Assembly (NCBI GenBank): GCA_035084275.1
Contig: CM068745.1
Span: 41,602,001-41,666,000, forward strand
Length of the DNA stretch: 64,000 nucleotides
DNA from: Hydrolagus colliei
Taxonomy: Eukaryota
Direction: 5' to 3'
In this document: positions 49,798 to 61,100 of the stretch, piece after piece
Layout: every line of letters begins with the position of its first letter
Numbering within the stretch: the stretch's first letter is position 1
The notes under the pieces: generated by a model
What the model was told of the DNA's origin: nothing
What the model saw: only the letters and a program-made list of their open reading frames with translations
Database searches by the model: none
Made by a program: the position numbers and the translations under genes

Positions 49798-50737
49798 TAG
49801 GGTCCGTCGATATGGAAATTTTCCGATTAAATATATCGACGGGCTCATATCGAGATATACCGAAATATCGATATTTTCGGGTTTTTCGTACTGCGCATGC
49901 GCGCGCACATTCGGAGTACGCGCGCGTCCCGGGTGCGCGCGCATTCGGGGCCTATCTTCTCAGGAGGTAAATATCTTTCTCTCTCTGTGTCTCTCACTCT
50001 CTCCATCTCTGTGTTTTTCTGTCTGTGTGTCTCTCCCTCTCTCCTCTCTCACATCCCCCCCATCTCTATCTATCTGTATATTATCACATCCATCCCGTCT
50101 CTCTCTCCCCCCCCCCCCCCCCCACCCCGTCCCTCTCTCACACCCCCCACCCCCGTCATCTCTCTCCCCCACCACCCCCCCAGCCGTCCCTTTCTCCCTC
50201 CCCCCCACCCTGCCGTCTCTCTCTCCCTCCCCCCCCAGCCGTCTCTCTCCCCCTCTCCTCCCCTCCCAGCCGTCTCTCTCCCCCTCTCCTCCCCTCCCAG
50301 CCGTCTCTCTCCCCCTCCCCCCAGCCGTCTCTCTCCTCCTCTCCTCCCCCCCCAGCCATCTCTCTCCCCACCCCAGCCGTCTCTCACCTCCTCACCCCAG
50401 CCGTCTCTCTCCCCCTCTCCCTCCCCCTCTCCCCCCCCCCCAGCCGTCTCTCTTCCCCCTCTCCCCCCCCAGCCGTCTCTCTCCCCCCACCCCTTGCATA
50501 CCTGTATATTGTATTCGAGGACTATGAATACAATATGGCGGCTTTGCACCTCAGTCTGTGCATTGTGTATAGAGATGAGCATTCTGGGTCTTGTAGTTCA
50601 GTGTGCTCGCATCCCGATCTTTTACCTCGATATATAGTTTTTTCGATATATCGATATTTTTAAAATGTCTATATCGGCATATCGATATGAAAATTATATC
50701 GGGTTTTAGCGATATATCGATATATCGCCGGACCCTA
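49798..50737 (+). mobile_element. Non-autonomous hAT DNA transposon, copy 5 (940 bp), in the last ZBTB20 intron
   Basis: Ends TAGGGTCCGTCGATAT and ATATCGCCGGACCCTA; TSD AGAGATAC on both sides. Confidence 0.93.
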
Positions 50738-51785
50738 AGAGATACCAAGTACTTATTTATAAGAATGAAAAGAAAACAAAAGGGATAGTAGTCATTTAGA
50801 CTACACTTGTGTGCCTTAGAAGATAGCTTAAGACAGTATTCGTGAAAGATTCTTCTGTCAGTCATTTAAAAAAAGCAGTAATCTTTTTCCCAAATACTAC
50901 TTAAAAGTCCTTAAAATAATCTAAAAATGTTTTATTTTGATACAAATGGACATAAGTATTGAAATACACTAAAACATTGCACAAATAACCTTTTCAGGGT
51001 AATGGTATTGATGTTACTGTGCAATAAATTGACTATTTTCAAATTCCATTATTTTACTAATAACCAAGGAACCTGGAAAGTTGGCATGTTTTAATAAACT
51101 GATTGTGCTAAGTTAGCAAACCTGCTGTTGCAAAAAGCTGAATTATACCTATTAACTCAGTGCTGTTTACAATTAATGTTTTAACCACTATGTTTGGACT
51201 CAATTGAGTAAAATAATGCAACTAATTCAAATCAGTTTTGCTGATGATGAGTTCAAACAAATTTAGTGCACTAAAAACATCAAAATAGGTTGTTAAAAGG
51301 AATAGATTACTTTAATAGCATTTTTTTATACAAAGATAGTTCTTTAAGAAATTATTAATCTAATTTTGTATGCAACATACTGAATGCGCTGTAATTGATC
51401 ATTCCGGGGAAGGAATGGCCTGTAAGTGTGATGATCCTTCCTCATGATATTTTCTAGGTTTAGTTTTATATAGACGTAATATTTTGGATTCCGATTACAT
51501 TTAGACTATTTTTCATGAGGATCAGTATGGTAATGTAGTGCAATTAATCAAATAATTGGAACCATCATAGAATCTTGCCACTGCGATGGGAGTGAGTATT
51601 TTAGAACATCTGTTTTATTCATGATGCCGCTAAAATAAATTTGAACAATTGTGCATGATTTAAATGCAAATAAACAACATCATAAAATACATAAAGTAAT
51701 TCTGATACAAACCAAAATGTTATTATGCCAACTGAAACTTTTAAAAAGGATTACTATTTTGCTTTTGTTATTCACTTTCCTACAG

Positions 51786-52144
51786 GGGAGAAGCCACATC
51801 AGTGCAGTATTTGTTGGCGATCTTTTTCACTGAAGGATTATCTGATCAAACACATGGTGACACATACTGGTGTGAGAGCCTATCAGTGCAGTATCTGCAA
51901 CAAGCGTTTCACCCAAAAGAGCTCCCTCAACGTCCATATGCGGCTTCATCGTGGTGAGAAGTCCTACGAGTGCTACATCTGCAAAAAGAAGTTCTCCCAT
52001 AAGACCTTACTGGAGAGGCATGTGGCACTGCATGGCACTGGCTGCTCTGAAGTGACCACATATGTCTGCTCTGTCTGCCCAGCCAAGTTCGACCAAATCG
52101 AACAGTTCAATGACCACATGAGAATGCACGTCTCTGATGGTTAA
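51786..52144 (+). CDS. ZBTB20: ZBTB20 last coding exon: C2H2 zinc fingers 2-5 and stop
   Basis: Acceptor ttcactttcctacag ends at 51785; the phase-1 join G|GG GAG AAG rebuilds the HTGEKP linker. Encodes [25 protein letters not shown]...[18 protein letters not shown] (TAA 52142-52144). Spliced CDS is 1597+359=1956 nt, 651 aa. Confidence 0.97.
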
Positions 52145-55100
52145 GGAGCCACTTTTAAGAACAAATTTGGAATTAATTTAAAGAAACATTTTTAAAATTA
52201 AAAAGAACGCTGGCGTATTGTTAACAGCAGCAAGATGCTTAAGAATTCTTCAGGATGGTGGCCTTAATGCCTGTTAGTGTATGTGGTCCACTGGCTGGAT
52301 GACCACTACAGGCCTCAAGATTTTTTCCTCTCATTCAGCTCTCATTTATTGCTAGCGTGTTGAACACTACAAAGGCCTACTATCTCTACAGTTCTAATCC
52401 AGTGTTGCATTATCTAAGGTGGAAATTTTCTCTGAGAACATTACACAGGATGAAGTCCGGTAAACTGTGGTATGCAACATCTTTTGAAGTACAATGCTTG
52501 GTATGTACTAATGTTTCTGTGTTATGATGGTCACGAAATTTGCCTTTTACCGAAGATGACATTGTATGTATAGTGGTTGTAATGACACTGGCAGATATTT
52601 ATTATTTACCTGCTGTAGACAGGTCACTTGCACAGAGGGGTTTAATTTTGAAAATTAAAAGGTTTAATATATAATGCAGCATCTGTGCAACTGCAGTTAG
52701 GTATAAGAATTTATTTCTCAAATGTGCAAACAACTCAATATTGCTTAAATATGAGGGAAAGCGCAGTGAGGTTTTTTTTTCTAATTGCAGATGGTTCTGG
52801 TAAAGTTTACTACATGGATGTGCATTTTTTTTTTACAACAGTATTTGAACAGAGCTGAGGCTATTTTGGAACTTATGCGTACACTGCCACTAATATTCCG
52901 AAGACTGTTAAGGTTGTAAGATCTCTTCCAGACAGATGAGCTGAACTGAAGGAAGATATATTTTTAATCCACAATATGTGGTTGATAACATTCAAAACTA
53001 GCATGGTCTGACATACTGTCATTTTGATTGCTGCTCCTTTATTTTTGTCTTTTATTTTATATTCAGACTGTTAATAACTATTATTCCAATCAATATTTCT
53101 ATATTTTGATCAGCTTTTTAATGCCATAAAGTATATTCAGTAGTATTTCATATTTCACCAATTGTAGTGCCCTCATTCAGTCAGTCAGTTAGTTTGTCAA
53201 TCAATTTAATGAATTTATGAAAATAACTTCAGTTTTGCACTATAAAAGATATTTGAGGGAGAAGATCTTGATCACAGTTGAATTACTTCTTTCTCAGATA
53301 TTTTACTCTTGCTTTAATAAAATATCAAACTGTTGCAGCGATGGCACAGCAAAACTTTTTCTAATGTATCAATAAAACAGAAAAAAGTGTTTCAAATGCT
53401 TGAAACTCATATTCATACATTTAGAAGTATATCTGCAACTATACATTTATACTACATTTATTTACAATCATCATTGTACGAGTGACATTTTATACTTTCC
53501 AGCAACTGCTGGCAAGTCGGTTGAAACATAAGAATGAATGTTAAGTTTTTCTCATTTGTTTTTTTGTCAGAAGACCTCATAAACATGTCACTCAAGAAAT
53601 AGTAACCCATCCAATGTTTTAGAATCAGATACTTAGGAGAGTTAATAAATACTTAACTCATCTAATTGTAAATTCATTACATTTTCTATAGTATAACATT
53701 TATTTTTAACAAATGCACATTTACATCTTGCAATGCCTGTTGATCATATACAGTTTTATGCCAAAGTGTTTGCTTTGCTTTATACATACTGTACACCTAA
53801 ACAGTGAGATATACTTATATATTCAGTTTACCATAATCCTTGTAGCCTTGAACTTGAAAACATCAAGCCATTTCAAATTTATTTCTGAACAATTTATGCA
53901 GTTATTTTCTAAATCATTTATCCAATTTGAAGTTCTGCAATACAACTTGCTTAATGTTAAGAATCTTTGGTTTTAGAAGTTATTGTCAGATGTAAATAAC
54001 TGAATTTAATGTACACATACCTAATTTTTCATACATACACATCTTTAAATCTTCTGTTTATCCTTTAGGTCGATTAATGAATGTTTGTGTTTAACTCTTA
54101 ACATTCTAGTTTTTTTAATTTATTATGTATTCCTAGAGTAAATGATTTCTTGTAATATATTCCTTATTTTTCCACTTGATTTTAGTTCATATTATCTGTC
54201 CAACTTTCTGATTGCATCTGTTTGTAGCTTGGCTTCCACTTCTAGCAATTATTTTCTTTCATTCACTAAGAAGCATTTTATCATTGCTGCTACTTTTAAG
54301 AATCAGTTGCAAATAATTATAGTTAAAAATATTTATATTATTCACATTAGTTGCTAGTTTGAAATACATTGAGAACTGAGAATCTTATTAAGAGAATTGG
54401 CTTGAAAAAGTAGTAAGGTTAATGAGCCTGACAATATAAGTGAACTGAATTAACAATTACCTTTGCAATTATTACTGATGCTAGTTCAGCCTCCCAGAAA
54501 TTAAAATATTTAAATAAATCCGTAACCTGCCGCAGCTAATGTTTTAAAAAAAGTACTCAAGGCATTATTTTATCTTTTGTATTCCAGTTTGGCAGGCTGA
54601 AAATAAGACTGCTGTATTGCTTGTGTATATCGAAAAAAGTGCCCAGTTCTTTTTGTAGCTTTTGTGTGAATGGCATTGTATTGTTTTCTTCACAAAACTA
54701 ATGACTGTTTTAAGCATTTGAAATATTCTCTGCTTCATGATACAGTAAGCATTCAATTGAATAATATAAATGTTTAATTTCAATCTGTGTAAATTGTGAA
54801 CATATTTCTTATAGTTATGCATATTCTATTGTTAGACAGTTACTAACAGCTATGTGGTGTTCTGTACTTTTTAAATAATTGAGTGCTGACATCAGGCATG
54901 GGCAATTAGAATCTGAGAAAAAGGAAAAAAAAATGGTTATCAGCATCCAGTTTTTATTGATTTTTTTAAATATAGAATTAATGTGTTTCTGTGCTCTAAC
55001 TGACTGACTGACTGATTGATTGATTGTTGAGACTTTCAAATATGTGATGAGAGTTTTAGTCAGTATTTTTCTGGCAGATGGATCTTATCAAAATCCCTGT

Positions 55101-58100
55101 TGGTTTTGCATTGTGGAGTAAGTTTAGATCTGGAAACTGTTTTAAGTGTAGATAAAAATGAAGGGCTAAATGTGTCTTAAACAAAGACCTTAGTCATAAA
55201 AAGGGGAAGTCTTTGCTGTTAAAGACAGTTTTCTTTGAATTGTGTCCTGGAAGGAGTATTTCACCAAGCTCAACTTTGTGATGCAGTATTTGTTCATATA
55301 GTGGTACGCATTTACATTTTATTACTAAATAGACTTGCCTTGCAATATTTCATGCAATCACTTTGAATCACTTGCGTATCACCTGCCTGTTGCGTTGGGT
55401 TCTTCAGTATTTGACTGTTTTATGAAACATAGGAGATTATACGAACAATACAGTATTAGATTACTGAAATTAAACAATTTAGAAATGTTCAGAAATCATA
55501 GATATTTGGTTTCTGTATACACTACCTACTGTGTACACACTCCAAAATATCTGTGTGAGTATTTTATTTGACATTTTTGGAGATTTAAAATTTGCAATCT
55601 TAGAGGCAATGAATAGTGGTGAAAAAAATTGACATTTGTGTTAACTGTGACCAATCAGTTTTTTGTCAACTAATCATTGATATTGTTTATTGCTTGCTTT
55701 ATTGACACATTTTGTTTTAATGACATGTTAAAATTTAGAGATTATGCTGTTTTGCATTTCTCTAATGCATAGTTTTGGGTTTTACATGCAACTCTACACT
55801 GCCTGCTCTTGACACTAAATTGAGAATGTCTGGAATCATTTGACAAGGTTTGAATATTACCCATTCGATCATCTTTTATCTTTGTGGCACTGAGTACTGA
55901 AGCCAAACTGAATTGAATGTATAAAAGATCCTATAAAACATTTTGTACAATAGCAGTAGAAATGGAGGAGGAAGTCAATTTCCTTCTAAAGGCTGATACG
56001 TTGTTGAAAGGAGGCTATTGAGACAATGCATCAGTGTAATAACCTGGTGTGTCACAGTGTGTTGGGATCAAATTTCCACCTGCAGTTCCCACCTATTGAT
56101 TTTACATAATTTGGTTTGAAGGAGTGGGGTGGAGAGAAACAACTATTTGCAGAGTCACTCAAATAGAAGCGACTGAAGGCTTTCGGGCACTAATTTGCAC
56201 ATCTGTAGTTATTTTCCAAGTTCACAAATTTCATCTTTACCTTCTGGCTATGAAGACTTATGCATGAAAACAACATATTTTAGTCTGTCCCTTTAGGCTG
56301 AGAGGTCAATCTTCAAATGGCCAGAAAGTAATGACAGCATATCCACAAAAGCAGAATTTACTATTTATCTTGACGTGTCCCCCTTTGATGCTTCCGTAAG
56401 CAGAATGGAAATTCCACTTTTAGACACTTTAACTGATGGCTCTGGATGCAGCAGTATCATTAACATTTACATTGCAGCAGAAAGGCAAGTTTATTGTAAG
56501 CGATAGCACTGCTAGGTAATCATAACATTATACTTCGATGGAGCCTCCTGGAAGTTATCAAGTGGAAATTAAGAACACTTGGAATAAAAAATACAAAGTG
56601 AATAGTTTCTGTAACTGGTGTTATGCTTTTACAAGTTATAGCTGGTTGCAGAATGACATCAGCAGGACATTGGGATCAACTTGCCTTTCATATTATGATT
56701 TTCGTGGGAAAGAAAACACCTGCAATTAATTAATTACAAAGTAAGCTCTATTAGCATTTTAAAATGTTTCTGTTGCAGCAGGTAGAATTTATATAATAGC
56801 ATAATTATTTATACGATAAGAGTAACGCTCTAAAGTTGCTAATAACATAATGGGTTACTACAGTCTTAGCTGAAAGAACAATTTAACAAAAACTTATATA
56901 TTTAGTAACTCTAATTGCTTATCTGTCTTAAACTGTTTTAATGGAAATCTAACCATTGCAAATACTATTTTGGTTCAAGAAGGAAAAAACCTACATGAAC
57001 AACATCTTTTAATTATTACATAGACATTTCTTAGTTTTTATTGCTTACTCAGCTTTAGAACATTTGGCTGGATATAAATGCCTCTATTTCCTCAAAACAT
57101 TGATGATGTTAAGGTGCTTTTAGCTTTCCAATATTCCAAGGTTTAGCTGCTTAGATAGGACAAATCCATAATTGTTAATGCACAATGTCAAAAGCATTCT
57201 CTCTGCTGTGATGGAAAACTACAAATTAAAACTAATCAACTAAAGATATTTTGATATTGAATAAACAGAATAATTTAGCATAAACATGGTCAAATAATAT
57301 TTAACATTATTAAATTCTTAATTTTGTCCCCTATATTGCTGCTCTGTTACAGTTACTTTTAGAATTTGCATTAATTGCATTATCCTAATAGTTCTAATTT
57401 TGACTAAATTGATGACAATCCCAGATGACCATATCAGCATGAATTATTGACTAAAAGTAATTTGTCATGATTGTTGTCACCGTTTCTTTAAAATTATTTC
57501 CTTCGGTATACAAAAAATAGTTTTCAACTTCACATTACCCGATCTTCAGATTTTATTTCATTTCTGAATTTTTTTCAGTGCATATTTTCAAGCTTTTTAA
57601 TGATCATCTGGGAATATTAGAATCTAATTACTTTTTTTTAAAAAATGTTAATGTGTTTGTTGGGCTCGCTATATAACACTTTTTGAGGATTAATATTGCA
57701 AGTACATGGTGATGCACAATGCGTAGAAACCTTATCTTGTTTCAAGTGGTACAGGGGAAGGATTTTTTTTACATTTACCAGAAGCTTAAGTTAAATAGGG
57801 CTTTCAGAGTAATGTACAGAATTTTCCAGAATTTATCTTATGATTTCTGGTGTAAACAGGCATTAGTTGCCACTTGCTGTAACAAAGATTTACTAAAGTT
57901 TCAATTTACACTTCATATTTTAAACTTCATGTGAGATCAATTTTGTTTCGATATTGATCACAATTGGGGAAAGTATATATTCTTTGAAAGTTATCACAGT
58001 TGTATTAGAGTATCATGGATTATTAATGTAGTATTATGCACACAGCAAAACCTAATTATCTTCAGTACTGCTTATGAAATGTTAAGCATAATATATTACC

Positions 58101-61100
58101 AATGTTAAAATTGTAACTTTAATCATGCATACCCTATGCCACACTTAAAGAACCAAAGACATATACACCTTTAAAACCTTAGAATTTCCAGGATTAACTG
58201 CAAGCTCTCCAAATGAAAATACTGTATTTAGAAATAATATCAGTCAACTCTCAGATCTAATAATAGCTTAATATCCAGTAATGTATTACTTCAAAGTAAT
58301 GATCTCATTGCTAGTTTTAGACATTCAATATTTACCAGAATTTAAATTAAAAAATTGTTATTTTATTTGGATACCTATATAAAAATTTAATTTGAGATTG
58401 AAATTTAAAACCTCCAGTCAAATACAAGTAAGAAATACACTGTACTAGTGACAGATAAGTCCATGCATTTGTAGTGTACTATAGGCTTATTTTTCATAAC
58501 TCAGTTTATCATTGCTGAGAAATGATAAATGCCTGCTGACACATGGATAATATTATTACAGTCAAATGTAATGATTATAGCGAATGAAACTTCTGGCCAT
58601 TAAAAATATCTTGTTCCTGATTGTGACAATAATAATCCTGTTTGTAACTTTCTGATCATAGGCCTAATTATGCTTGCACCATAGTTGTACAATAGCTTAT
58701 TTTTGTCCAGGAAACTAAATGACATGCTATTTTAGTATGGATTGATTTTGAAGAAGAAACAGTTTATGCATACTTATGGCAGTGCGTGATTTTCTTAATG
58801 ATGTTTTGATGGATTTTAGTCTCTTAATATTCTCCCAACTATTTGCGCATTGCCAGTTCAGACAAGAGTCAGTAACATTGATAGTTTACATTGTATACTG
58901 ATTGTTAATGCAGGAGACATTATTTTGAGTATGTGTGAGTGAGACACTGCCAACAACTGTAAAATGCCACTTCATGGTATCCGTTTAGCATTGAATTTCT
59001 ATGTCAAACTGCTGGTTACATTAACAAAGTTGCACAGGTATTCTGCCATTGTATTGATTACTCGCTGAATATAATTCGCTCATGTTCGTGTGGTTAGTTT
59101 AATCAAACTACCGTACATAGCACACACATTGCGCATTACATTGTTGTTATTGTTGCATATTGTTTTATTTACTCCTAAAAAGGTTGTTGCTGGTACACCT
59201 ATAGTAAATTAGGGGACTATGTCATATACTGTACTTTGTTAAATAATGGTTTCATTCAGTTTTAGAAAATATCAACAGTCAAAATTGGTAAATGCATGCG
59301 GCAAGTTGGAGAACAGCAATCTTTCAGAAAGTTATGATTATTCTTGACCCAATATCAAATATAAAATAATTTTGCTGTGATCTAACAAAGACAACAACCC
59401 TCAAAACATACAAAAGTGTTTTCCTGATTGTGAATGTTTTTGTTCATTGAACAGACAAGATTGGTGGAGGATATTATGGAGGGAGCAAATTTTTAAAGGA
59501 CACAACATGGGAAATAGAGGGCAATCACGGGAATATTAGCATAAGAATTACGATGAAATTCAAAGGCATTTCTTCACTGAGATGGTTGTTAGGTTGAATA
59601 ATTCTTTACCGCAAATGATTGTTGAGGTTAGAACAATAGAATCGTTGAAAGGGAACAGGATAAGCAAATGAGAAGTAAAAACATTAATGAAATGAGCTGC
59701 AAAGCAGGCATAATATAAAGGCAATTAAAACAAACACAGTGATAGCAATAGCACAAACATGATCAGCTGAATGGCCTTCAATGCAAAATGTTTTAGTTTC
59801 TATGTAATGAGTGGTTCAGAGCAGTTTAAGAGTTAAATCAGTTAATCCTTATTTTAAAATTGTAAAATAGTATTTCTTACTTGTAAAATTGTAACATTTT
59901 AAAATTATTTTACACGAACAATTCAAATGGAATGTCGAATGATGAACTTACAATGAATGGAAATGGCATTACTACAAGTTGTCTGATTGCTTATAGGGTT
60001 TGCTTAAAGATAAATTTTAATGAATTTACTATTAATTAACTCAACGGTGAAAGTCCCTTTGTAAAATAAGGAAGTGCACTTTTTTCCCCTAATCTACTGC
60101 AAACTCACTTGATCAATATCTTCTTTTGAAGAACTAAAGTTTTTTAAATAATTTTAAATGATGGGTTAAATAATAGGTAAGCAAGCAGTAAATGTGTTTG
60201 AACATCTGATTGTTACATAAAGTCCTAAAAAGGATAGGCAGAGTTATTTTCTTTCTGAGAACAAAAGTTGACATTTAAAAACAGAATTTTTGTAATGGTT
60301 AAAGTTAATTTAGGTAACAATTTGTTAGGAGTGTACATGGCAATAGACAGCTTCTGTAATAATTAAATGCAGATGGTAGCGGTCAAGGCATTTAAACATA
60401 GTGTGCTGATTTATTTTTCAAGGAAACAAGTTATGATTATTTTACTTAATTTTAGAATTAGACTTAACTTTAAAATACTTCAATATTAAGCAGATGGAAA
60501 ATCTGTTGACCTGATAATGCTATATGATATGTGACACTGTGCACAATATGATTCTGTAATGCTTAATTATTCTAAATCACAGCATAACTTATCAGTTGTT
60601 TCACTCAATGCCTTTATTTTGATTTGCCTGTGATTATGTCTTATAGTACAATTAGGATGACATATTAAGCAATATCTTTAAAATTACAGGGAAAATGGCC
60701 TGTTCAGTGTTAATTTTGTTTGTGCTCAGCAACAGATGGAAGAAGCAAGATAAAGGTGTGCAATATGGCTTCTGCCAGTGGAATAGTTCCTTGATTCCTG
60801 AATTTAGTCAGCTAGCCACCTGTTTATTGTAACATGTAAATAGAAAGTATGAGTCAGTATCAATCAGCTTTTATGTGGCACTGATCCAATACTATATTGG
60901 GTCGGGTGGGGGCATTTAAATCCATTCACAATGTGATTATGCATTATTTTTCTTTTTTTCAAATTGTGTTCCATTTTGATTATATGCTTCCTTTGGAATT
61001 AATGGTATAACTTTGTAGGGTACACTTCTGTTCTATGGAATCGAATCATTAATTTTGTAATTTCATCATTATTTTATTTAAACATGTAAGTTGAAGAACT

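Noticed and set aside
51725-51785. N-terminal part [20 protein letters not shown] of the 139-aa ORF
   Set aside because: Intronic polypyrimidine tract and acceptor read through in frame.
53310-53380. AATAAA hexamers as the ZBTB20 poly(A) site
   Set aside because: Expected by chance in AT-rich DNA; cannot be assigned without 3'-end data.
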